DNA of 27,343 nucleotides from Puniceicoccales bacterium (GTDB lineage Bacteria; Verrucomicrobiota; Verrucomicrobiia; Opitutales; JAIRLM01): NCBI GenBank assembly GCA_031254835.1, contig JAIRTQ010000002.1, positions 1 to 27,343 of the forward strand, read 5' to 3'. Shown piece by piece: positions 20,060 to 27,343 of this stretch (position 1 is its first letter; each line of letters starts with the position of its first letter). The notes under the pieces were generated by a model. It saw only the letters and a program-made list of their open reading frames with translations, ran no database searches and was not told where the DNA came from. The position numbers and the translations under genes were made by a program.

Positions 20060-21426
20060 CGAAGCCCATCCAGCCGCATGTTGATGCGGCGACCTTCCCG
20101 GCTAAAAGAAAGTCCATCCGCCGTAATTCCATCCATTCGCCACCCGCTTGGCAGAAAAGCGCCGTTGAAGTACTTTCTCCCGTCTCCCGTCGCAACCCAG
20201 CTCAACCCACCGGAGCCGATAGTGATGGAGCGTATGGGTTCCGGAAAAAAGGCGTTTATCGAAGTTTCTGTCTGCGCTGAAAGGGTCTGCACGTCAAATT
20301 CGAGGGCGACATGGTTGGAGAAGGTCTGAATGAAATCTTCCGCCGCCGATTTCCACTGCTCCATCTGCAGAGCGCTGATTTTTCCTTGAAAAAATATTTT
20401 CTCTTCCATCGGAAGGACTGTGATTTGGCGCGCGAGGCCATGGCGTCCGAGCATTTCTCGGGTAGACTCGAGCACCTGACTTGGCGTTAGCACGTCGTTT
20501 TGGATTTTCCGTACCCCGGGCACGTCCGTGGAAATACGGGAGCGTACTTTTTGCCAGGCATCTTCGTCATAGACATAGCCTTCGATGACATAGGCTCCAG
20601 GCTGCATCTGAATGATTTGCAAACGACATCCGCTCATAGTGCGGAGCAAGTCTTCCACGGCGGATGTGACCCGTTCCTGACTACGAACGACGCAGTGAAC
20701 GGACGGGTAGGCAGCTTGCAAAATGGTGCGTAGGTCACGTAAGTCAATGTTTGTGGGAACATAGCCATCTACCACCACCTGTCCCCGTTCGGCGCGAACC
20801 GTTACGGCTGGAAACTGTTCCATGGTAGCTAATTGCGTTCGAACTGCCTTTTCTATGTCCGCCGGGCCTATTTGTCTTTTTTTGGGCCAGCACAAAATGG
20901 CCAGCATGGCCACCAGAAATATTCCACCCACAAAAATCAACAGCCTCGCGCGCCTTTTCCGCCGCCGTGCCGTCTCCACTTCTCTTCGGGCTGCCCGCAG
21001 CGTAGCAGGTTCCGCGCTAAGATCCGCCTTTCCAAAGATTTCTTTCGGCACTTCGCTTTCTTCGACCTCCAGATTAGGCACATCGTTGGGGCCGTAGTTC
21101 GACCATTCGCCATCGATGGGACCGATGAGGATATGGGTGGCTCCCACGGTGACGAACTGAAAGTCGCCGACAACCGTCGGATTTTCCCCTTGGAGCAGTT
21201 TGCCATTAAGGAACGTTTTCCCGCTCAGTGATTTTACAAAAACTTGGCCCTTGTCATAGGTAAGTTCCGCATGGAGGGGCTGCACAAGTGCGTCCGATAG
21301 AAGTAGCTCCGCCCCATCGCCGCTGCCCAACGTGAGACGCGCGTCGTTCCCATCCATTTCCACCTCAGCACCGGCGTGCGGGCCGGTGATGAGCTTGACT
21401 CGGTAAGACGCTCCACCTTTCACCAT
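20056..21426 (-). CDS. sctD: T3SS inner-membrane ring protein SctD (YscD/CdsD family)
   Basis: N-terminal FHA-like domain (LITGPHAGAEV...LTLGSGDGAELLLSD...HAEL), single TM (LLIFVGGIFLVAMLAILCWP) and BON-like periplasmic repeats. C-terminal DGRKYFNGAFLPSGWRMDGI is typical of YscD. Confidence 0.88.
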   Translation of the reverse strand: MVKGGASYRVKLITGPHAGAEVEMDGNDARLTLGSGDGAELLLSDALVQPLHAELTYDKGQVFVKSLSGKTFLNGKLLQGENPTVVGDFQFVTVGATHILIGPIDGEWSNYGPNDVPNLEVEESEVPKEIFGKADLSAEPATLRAARREVETARRRKRRARLLIFVGGIFLVAMLAILCWPKKRQIGPADIEKAVRTQLATMEQFPAVTVRAERGQVVVDGYVPTNIDLRDLRTILQAAYPSVHCVVRSQERVTSAVEDLLRTMSGCRLQIIQMQPGAYVIEGYVYDEDAWQKVRSRISTDVPGVRKIQNDVLTPSQVLESTREMLGRHGLARQITVLPMEEKIFFQGKISALQMEQWKSAAEDFIQTFSNHVALEFDVQTLSAQTETSINAFFPEPIRSITIGSGGLSWVATGDGRKYFNGAFLPSGWRMDGITADGLSFSREGRRINMRLDGLR

Positions 21427-21436
21427 CTACAGGCGT

Positions 21437-21465
21437 AGTCTGGAAGCCGATGATGATACTGTCAA
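21437..21465 (-). promoter_or_regulatory. Possible sigma70 promoter of the T3SS operon
   Basis: TTGACA (21465-21460), 17 nt, then CAGACT (21442-21437), ending 10 nt before ATG 21426. Confidence 0.4.
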
Positions 21466-21560
21466 ACGAAATGACCAGCCGCGGCACTTTTTGCGTTTTT
21501 TTTGAAAAAGTTCGTCATTGACTCGCAGCACCCCGTTACTTGGAAATGCCGCGTCGGCTA

Positions 21561-21637
21561 GGGGGGTTAGCTCAGTTGGTTAGAGCGCCGGTATCACACA
21601 CCGGAGGTCGACGGTTCGAGCCCGTCACCTCCCACCA
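21561..21637 (+). tRNA. tRNA-Val (anticodon CAC)
   Basis: 77-nt cloverleaf with acceptor GGGGGGT/ACCTCCC, anticodon stem CCGGT/ACCGG with loop AT-CAC-AC, T arm GGTTCGAGC and encoded CCA. Confidence 0.95.
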
Positions 21638-21662
21638 GGAAGTCGATCTTTTGCGGCGCCCA

Positions 21663-22256
21663 TCAGTTTGCTTCTGCCACCGATCTTTTCCGCTTTTTCG
21701 CTTTTCCCGCGCGAAGTGTGTCAATGTGCTGCTGGATTAGGGCGGCCTCCTCGTAGCGCTCTTCGGTGACTGCCAGGGAAAGAAGTAGTCCCAATTCGCG
21801 CGGATCCCGGGGAAGACGTTCCTGTAGATCCCCGGCAGCCATGGCTGAAGAGCGATCCCATTCAACCGCTGCCGTGCGCAGAAATATTGTGCGCGACTGC
21901 GGCCTTTTTCCGCAGTGTTCTTTGCCCCTCTGAATGCGGCGCAAAAGAGAATTCAGCAGTGAAGAAAACGTTTCATAGCAGCGCTCACAGCCAAAAGTTT
22001 TTCGCTTCAGGAGTTCGGCACCGCTAAGGCCGCAACCGGCGCAGGTGGTCTGGACTACGGAATCGGGACTATGCTGGCCTTGGAAAAGATCGGCACCCAG
22101 CAGCATCTCCGTTGGGGAGCCAATCTCGTCCACGACGCCCTTCGCCCTTGCGCAGGCGGCGCAAAAATTAATTCGTGAAGTGGTGCCATCGCACACACGC
22201 ACAAGGTGAACGGTTGCCGGCGCTCCACAGCAATCGCATCTCAGCAGCCGGGCCAT
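21663..22256 (-). CDS. mcsA: McsA-type protein (CxxC zinc motifs plus UVR domain)
   Basis: CDCC...ATVHL, FCAACA, CAGCG, FGCERCYETF, HCGKRP and C-terminal AVTEERYEEAALIQQHI. Start at ATG 22256. Confidence 0.88.
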   Translation of the reverse strand: MARLLRCDCCGAPATVHLVRVCDGTTSRINFCAACARAKGVVDEIGSPTEMLLGADLFQGQHSPDSVVQTTCAGCGLSGAELLKRKTFGCERCYETFSSLLNSLLRRIQRGKEHCGKRPQSRTIFLRTAAVEWDRSSAMAAGDLQERLPRDPRELGLLLSLAVTEERYEEAALIQQHIDTLRAGKAKKRKRSVAEAN

Positions 22257-22272
22257 GTCTGGGTTGTAGTAG

Positions 22273-22301
22273 ACCATAAATTTTCCGAAAAGGCGAGTCA
22301 A
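22273..22301 (-). promoter_or_regulatory. Possible sigma70 promoter of mcsA
   Basis: TTGACT (22301-22296), 17 nt, then TATGGT (22278-22273). Confidence 0.5.
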
Positions 22302-23002
22302 ATCGACGGAAGACCTCCGAAACCATTCACTTCTAAGACACTATTTTTTATTTGGTCAAGATCATGGAAAGGCTGCCCGGCAATGGACCCATCCCTGCCG
22401 TTCATGTCCTCTGACGGAGATCGTTTTCTCGCCTTTCCAACTCGTGGAGAAATCATTGCGCTAATTGTACGTCCCGCCAGACGCGGGGTGGAGTCTGCCG
22501 TACCGAACTCTTTGAGGTCGCCAATGGCACGGTCAACGACTTGAAATCCCAACTCTTGGTGGGCCATTTCTCTCCCGCGGAACATCAGCGTAAGTTTTAG
22601 TTTAAAGCCTTGGGATAGAAACTCTTGCCCGCGCCGAATTTTCGTATTGTAGTCGCCAACATCCACGGACGGACGAAATTTCATTTCTTTGGTCTTGGAC
22701 GCGTTAGATTTTTGCTGTCCTTTGGATTTTTTTTCCTCGTCATATTTGAATTTGCCGTAGTCTAAAATACGACAAACCGGCGGGTTAACTGTGGCAGCCA
22801 CCTCAATGAGATCCAAGCCGAGAGCCCGTGCCCGCGCGAGCGCGTCCCGGGTAGCCATGACGCCAAGCTGAGCCCCATCGGGACCGATTACCCGCACTTC
22901 CGGGACCCGGATGCGTTCATTTCGACGGGGCCCGCGGTCAAAGCGACCGCGCCCAAAATCTTTTTTCTTTCCGCCGATTTTTTTCGGAAATGCGTTAACC
23001 AT
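22298..23002 (-). CDS. infC: Translation initiation factor IF-3
   Basis: NERIRVPEVRVI, LDLIEV...PPVCRILDYGKFKY, KEMKFRP and LMFRGRE. The start codon is uncertain because infC often uses a non-ATG start. About 45-aa C-terminal extension. Confidence 0.96.
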   Translation of the reverse strand: MVNAFPKKIGGKKKDFGRGRFDRGPRRNERIRVPEVRVIGPDGAQLGVMATRDALARARALGLDLIEVAATVNPPVCRILDYGKFKYDEEKKSKGQQKSNASKTKEMKFRPSVDVGDYNTKIRRGQEFLSQGFKLKLTLMFRGREMAHQELGFQVVDRAIGDLKEFGTADSTPRLAGRTISAMISPRVGKARKRSPSEDMNGRDGSIAGQPFHDLDQIKNSVLEVNGFGGLPSI

Positions 23003-23151
23003 GGATCCCTGCCATTCTTGCGATGGATTCGTACGCCATCGGTGGGCCTTCTAGGAACCCGCTCGCAATCGGCAAGATTTTTTCGTCCGGTGGCTGTTCG
23101 AGATTTTTTTGTTGCCCGGGCAAGTGGGCGTCCCCCATTAGGAGTGTTCCT

Positions 23152-23709
23152 ATGGCGTCGCCGACAGAGATCCGCAAGGGCCGCGTACTTTTACATGATG
23201 GCGTGCCCCACCTAGTTACCGAGATGCAGCACCGCACGCAGGGCCGCCAGGCCGGCTTTGTGCAGGTGGTGATGCGAAACTTGCGTACGGGCATGGCTAC
23301 CAACACGAAAATTCGCACAACGGAAAATGTGGAGTTTTGCTTTCTCGAGCGCCGACAGTTAGAATTCTCCTATCGGGACGGTGATGAATTTCATTTTGTT
23401 CATCCGGAAACATTTGAGGATACTGCCATCGGTCGTGATTTAGCGGCCGAAATGGTGCCCTATTTGGTTGAAAATGTTTCCTATGATGTACTCTTTATTG
23501 ACGGGAAAGCCATCGGCATAGAGCTGCCAGCCGCCGTGGAGATGGCGGTGAAAGAATCGCCGGAAGGAATTCGAGGCGATTCGGCCTCCAATGTCATGAA
23601 GCCGGCCACGATGGAAACAGATTTGATCGTGCAGGTGCCACTTTTTGTCAAGGTTGGCGACCGCATTCGGATTGGAACTGAAAAGGGTAACTACCTTGGT
23701 CGAGCTTAG
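23152..23709 (+). CDS. efp: Elongation factor P
   Basis: EIRKGRVL, VMRNLRTG, LEFSYRDGDEFHFVHPETFE, KPATMETDLIVQVPLFV and GNYLGRA. AGGAG SD 7 nt upstream of ATG 23152. Confidence 0.96.
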   Translation: MASPTEIRKGRVLLHDGVPHLVTEMQHRTQGRQAGFVQVVMRNLRTGMATNTKIRTTENVEFCFLERRQLEFSYRDGDEFHFVHPETFEDTAIGRDLAAEMVPYLVENVSYDVLFIDGKAIGIELPAAVEMAVKESPEGIRGDSASNVMKPATMETDLIVQVPLFVKVGDRIRIGTEKGNYLGRA

Positions 23710-23800
23710 AGAAAAAAGAAACGGAAATGGTGGAAAAAAGCTTTACTTCTTCCGTTCGCCACAGAGCTTGGGCTGACGGAACCGCATTGGGTTTACTTAC

Positions 23801-23902
23801 ATGGGAAATTTGAAAAAGCAGCGGCGTTTGAAGATGAACAAGCATAAACGCCGGAAGAGGTCTCGGCTTATGCGACACAAAAAGCGCACGTGGGGCTCTT
23901 AA
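23801..23902 (+). CDS. 33-aa basic protein of the AURKAIP1/COX24 (bS22/mS38-like small ribosomal protein) family; absent from the supplied ORF track
   Basis: Manual translation gives [33 protein letters not shown], matching the family pattern MGxxxKKRRxxMxKxKxRK. Confidence 0.85.
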   Translation: MGNLKKQRRLKMNKHKRRKRSRLMRHKKRTWGS

Positions 23903-23928
23903 GTAGGTTTTGTCCGCGTGGGTCCTAC

Positions 23929-25038
23929 CTACTCGCTTTCGCGGAACGTTTGATCTAACATGGGAAACTTTGGATTTTCCAGCGGAAAGCGGAGGGTTAC
24001 TCTGGTTCCGCGCGGTTTTAGCCCGTGGAATGCGATGGTGGCTCGGTGTGCCCGAAGAATATTTCGGACCACTAAAAGGCCAAAGCCGTTCCCTTCTAGT
24101 TTGTTGCTCCATTGGGGGCGGAACAGATTGGGCAACGCGGATGGGTCAATTCCCGCGCCGTCATCTTCCACTTCCACGCGGGCGAATGCACCTTCGTCGG
24201 CGCTGCGGACAATGATGCGACCCGAATTTTCCCACGCCTCCATGCCATTGCGCAGTAAATTTTCGAAAACTTGCTGAAGCTGGCTTCTGTCTCCAAGGAT
24301 CAAAAGTGGTTCTATGGAAAGTTCTTTCCCTATGGTCCCATTGCGCCGATCCAGTTCCGGAGCCATTGCGTCAAGGCAATTTAGCAATGTTTCATTGATG
24401 TCGATCGGCAGTAGGACCGGCTTTGCGGGCCGAATGGAATTAAGAAAGCTGCCGAGCATGTGGCGTAGCCGGTCCACTTCGTTCTGGCAAGTTTCCACAG
24501 TTTTTCGGAGCCCATTGGCCCGCGGCAGGGAGTGCAGCTGCCGCTTGAGCAGTTGCAAATGGATCTGTATGCCGTTGAGCGGGTTGCCCAACTCGTGGGC
24601 CAGTGCGCCGGCCAACAGGGCGACGGTGGCGCAGGCGTCTTCTTCCTGCCGTAGCTCCCCCAACTCTTTTTCGGCCGTTCGGTCGGCCAGCACGAAAGCA
24701 CTAAGGGTGGGGCCCCCTTCTTCCGGCGCCAAGGGAAAGCGGCTGACCCGCAGCAGGCGCCGCTCCGGATAGGTGACCAGCACTTCAAAGAGCTGTTGCC
24801 CAGGAGAATGCAAACTGTCTTTCGCGTGAAGAAAAATTTCCGGCGCGTAGCGGCGCAGCAAGAGCGGGACGTTTTCGCCGTTCGGGATGCCCATCAATTC
24901 TCTAGCCCGTCTATTTGCGTAAAGTACGATTCCGCAACAATTCACAATGATAAGCCCGTCCTGGAGGACGGCCAACAGCGACTCCCAAAAATTTGGCCAC
25001 GGCAGGTCGCCATGTTTCTCCAAAAATGTCTCCGCCAC
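23929..25038 (-). CDS. PAS-domain sensor histidine kinase (NtrB/AtoS-like, cytoplasmic)
   Basis: PAS-like LQDGLIIVN...YANRRARELMG, H-box LAHELGNPLNGI, N-box QVFENLLRNG, G1 VEDDGAGI and G2 GNGFGL. No TM segment seen. Confidence 0.92.
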   Translation of the reverse strand: MAETFLEKHGDLPWPNFWESLLAVLQDGLIIVNCCGIVLYANRRARELMGIPNGENVPLLLRRYAPEIFLHAKDSLHSPGQQLFEVLVTYPERRLLRVSRFPLAPEEGGPTLSAFVLADRTAEKELGELRQEEDACATVALLAGALAHELGNPLNGIQIHLQLLKRQLHSLPRANGLRKTVETCQNEVDRLRHMLGSFLNSIRPAKPVLLPIDINETLLNCLDAMAPELDRRNGTIGKELSIEPLLILGDRSQLQQVFENLLRNGMEAWENSGRIIVRSADEGAFARVEVEDDGAGIDPSALPNLFRPQWSNKLEGNGFGLLVVRNILRAHRATIAFHGLKPRGTRVTLRFPLENPKFPMLDQTFRESE

Positions 25039-25100
25039 GGCGCAGATTCAAAGCAAAAGAAGATCGACCTTGCAGCGAAATTTTTTGTCCGGCGGAGAAA

Positions 25101-26432
25101 TTAATGACTCGAAAAGCGGACCAGACGGGCCAAAACCCGTTCTCGGCCGAGGACAGCCAGCATGCCGTAGAACCCCGGCCCAACGGTTTGGCCAGAAATG
25201 GCATAGCGTAGAGGATGAATGTAGGCACTGCTGTTCCTGTCCCGCTCCGCTGCGAAAGTTTTTAAGAATTGTTCCAAAAGATCCGCCGCCCACTCGCCAT
25301 TCCATTGGCCGATCGCCGCCAAGAATTCCTCCACCCGGGCGAATGGATCGCCGCTGGCAAGGATTTTCTTGCGCCCATCCCCGTCCATGGGAAAGTTTTC
25401 GCGAAAAAAGTAGGCGCAGAAATGAGGCAGCTCCTCCAGGCCCCGCAATTTTTCCTGGCAGATGGTCAGCACGGAGCGGACGTAGTCCTCGGCGGGCCCA
25501 TCGGCCAGCAGGCCCTCTTCCCGCAGTATCGGCAGGGCATGGTCATAAAACTCTTCCGCGGGAAGGGCTCGCACGTATTCCCCGTTCATGTGGGCCAACT
25601 TTTTTTCATCGAAGCGGGCATTGTTATGGTTAATGGCCGGCAGATCAAAGAGAGAGATAATCTCATCGATGGGCAGGATCTCTCGGTCATTTTTTGAGGA
25701 CCAGCCGAGGAGGCAGAGATAGTTACGGACCGCTTCGGGCAGGTAGTGGCGCCGCTGGTACTCTTCGATGAGGGCGCCACTGTCCCGCTTGCTCATTTTT
25801 CCCGGGCCATTAGTCTTCAGTATGAGCGGAATATGTGCGTAGACGGGCGGTGTCCGGCCGAAGGCCTGGAAAAGTTCCACGTGCTTGCTGCTGTTCGAAA
25901 GGTGGTCTTCTCCTCGAACTACGTGGCTGATGGCCATGGCGATATCGTCCACGACGTTTACGAAATGGAAAACGGGCGAGCCGTCGGACCGCACGATGAC
26001 GAAATCTTTCTCTTCGAGCCGCTGAACCTTACCTCGGATCCGGTCGTCGATTGTCGCCGGTTCTCCGGAAACGCGAAACCAAACGGCGCCATCTCTGTCG
26101 TAGGCACGGCCGCTGTCTCGCAACTTTTGCAGATATTCGCCGTAGATTTCGCCCCGCTGACTCTGAAAATAGGAGCCATAGGGGCCGCCCACGGTCGGGC
26201 CCTCGTCCCAGTCCAGGCCTAGCCAGCGGAGTCCCTCGAGCAGGACCTGGAGGTACTCCTCTGCATCCCGCTGTCGGTCAGTATCTTCAATGCGCAGCAC
26301 GAACGTGCCGCCGCAGTGTCGGGCGTAGAGCCAGTTGAAAAGAGCCGTGCGGGCACTGCCGATGTGAAAAAAGCCGGTAGGGCTGGGGGCAAAGCGTACC
26401 CGAACGGAAGAACTTGGCGGCACTGCGCTCAC
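25101..26432 (-). CDS. gltX: Glutamate--tRNA ligase
   Basis: VRVRFAPSPTGFFHIGSARTALFN (HIGH), LRIEDTD, HVVRGEDHLSN and KMSKR (KMSKS). Confidence 0.97.
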   Translation of the reverse strand: MSAVPPSSSVRVRFAPSPTGFFHIGSARTALFNWLYARHCGGTFVLRIEDTDRQRDAEEYLQVLLEGLRWLGLDWDEGPTVGGPYGSYFQSQRGEIYGEYLQKLRDSGRAYDRDGAVWFRVSGEPATIDDRIRGKVQRLEEKDFVIVRSDGSPVFHFVNVVDDIAMAISHVVRGEDHLSNSSKHVELFQAFGRTPPVYAHIPLILKTNGPGKMSKRDSGALIEEYQRRHYLPEAVRNYLCLLGWSSKNDREILPIDEIISLFDLPAINHNNARFDEKKLAHMNGEYVRALPAEEFYDHALPILREEGLLADGPAEDYVRSVLTICQEKLRGLEELPHFCAYFFRENFPMDGDGRKKILASGDPFARVEEFLAAIGQWNGEWAADLLEQFLKTFAAERDRNSSAYIHPLRYAISGQTVGPGFYGMLAVLGRERVLARLVRFSSH

Positions 26433-27343
26433 GGCGTCTCCCGCATCAGGTCTAGTTCATAGGAAACGACAAAACGGTAGCTTTGTCCAGGCTGCAAAAG
26501 AATCGGCAGCAGCCGTTCGTAGCAGAGCAAGTGGGATTTGTCATCTGGGTCGTCGGGACGTTGCGGCTGCCACTCACCATAAAAATCGTCCTGCAGAATT
26601 CGCGGGTTCCAGCCCTTCTCCCCAAGCCGGACCGTGGCCGGAGGCAGACAGGGATCCGAAGAGGGGATTGGAACTGCGAAATAGAAGCGTTCGAGGCGAA
26701 TGACTTTTTTGGGGACATAGGAAAATTCTGCCTGAATTGCGCCGGCGCGGAAGCTCCACTGCACTTTACAGGAGGCGAGGCCAGGAAGCACTTTCCCGTC
26801 CACAGCAAATAAATCCGGTTGTTCGTAGCGGAATTGAAATTCCCGGGAAGGACCTAGGCCCGTTGTGATGAATTTTCCTCCAAAGGAAGGCGCCGTAGAT
26901 CTTCCCTCTAATGTTAGGACCGGAAGTAGGGGCGGGATATTTCCGACCGCTCGAACCATTCCGGACCAGTGAGGAAAGGCGCCGGAAGCCGATGGGGCGG
27001 ACCGGGGCGGCGATACCAGCGGCAGCTGAAAAGAGAGACCGCCCTCTCCATCGCCATAGGTCATGAGTCCATGTTCCCACTTGCCGCCGCTGGAGAATGG
27101 GAAGTACCTCCCACCGCTAGCGATCCGCGCCTCTACGGTGCCCGGGAAGGACTCTTTTGCATTTTTGCCGAACTGGTACCAGAGGGCCAATTGTCGAATG
27201 ATCGAAAAAATCATTTCAGTCCGGCTTAACTCCGAAAAATTTTCTTCACTCGTACTTAAGAGGAGGTCGCCACTTTCTCGATCGAAATGGCGGAAAAAGA
27301 AATTTTGGAAAAAGCGGCAAAGAAGCGCAACGTAGTGCTCCCG
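26429..27343 (-). CDS. Hypothetical protein, 5'-truncated by the window edge
   Basis: The frame of ORF 26429-27214 has no stop between 27215 and 27343. Its TGA overlaps the gltX GTG (GTGA coupling). Confidence 0.7.
   Translation of the reverse strand, partial: REHYVALLCRFFQNFFFRHFDRESGDLLLSTSEENFSELSRTEMIFSIIRQLALWYQFGKNAKESFPGTVEARIASGGRYFPFSSGGKWEHGLMTYGDGEGGLSFQLPLVSPPRSAPSASGAFPHWSGMVRAVGNIPPLLPVLTLEGRSTAPSFGGKFITTGLGPSREFQFRYEQPDLFAVDGKVLPGLASCKVQWSFRAGAIQAEFSYVPKKVIRLERFYFAVPIPSSDPCLPPATVRLGEKGWNPRILQDDFYGEWQPQRPDDPDDKSHLLCYERLLPILLQPGQSYRFVVSYELDLMRETP

Noticed and set aside
21412-21419. att-like duplicate of the tRNA-Ala 3' end (gctccacc)
   Set aside because: Only 8 bp, inside the sctD coding start and expected by chance; no integrase nearby.

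Overview
Mostly intact bacterial chromosome segment (genetic code 11). It combines housekeeping genes (eno, ndk, fmt, sfsA, infC, efp, gltX, mcsA, an M29 aminopeptidase, a DJ-1/PfpI protein, an AGCS amino acid symporter, a RodZ-like protein, a sensor kinase, and a 33-aa bS22/AURKAIP1-type protein missed by the ORF track) with two tRNAs (Ala-CGC, Val-CAC). Between the tRNAs lies a five-gene minus-strand operon with the order and motifs of a non-flagellar type III secretion module (sctD, YscE-like chaperone, needle sctF, YscG-like TPR chaperone, inner rod sctI). About 2.5 kb away is a 955-aa ORF whose C-terminal about 600 aa carry all three OTU deubiquitinase motifs spread over about 470 residues, fused in frame to a signal-peptide-bearing GT2 glycosyltransferase. 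Several AT-richer orphan ORFs (effector candidates) and two degraded genes suggest a host-associated, eroding genome. By inference this is a PVC-superphylum organism, probably Verrucomicrobiota/Opitutales. No CRISPR array, rRNA or transposase was seen. All family calls come from motif recognition by eye; no database search was run.
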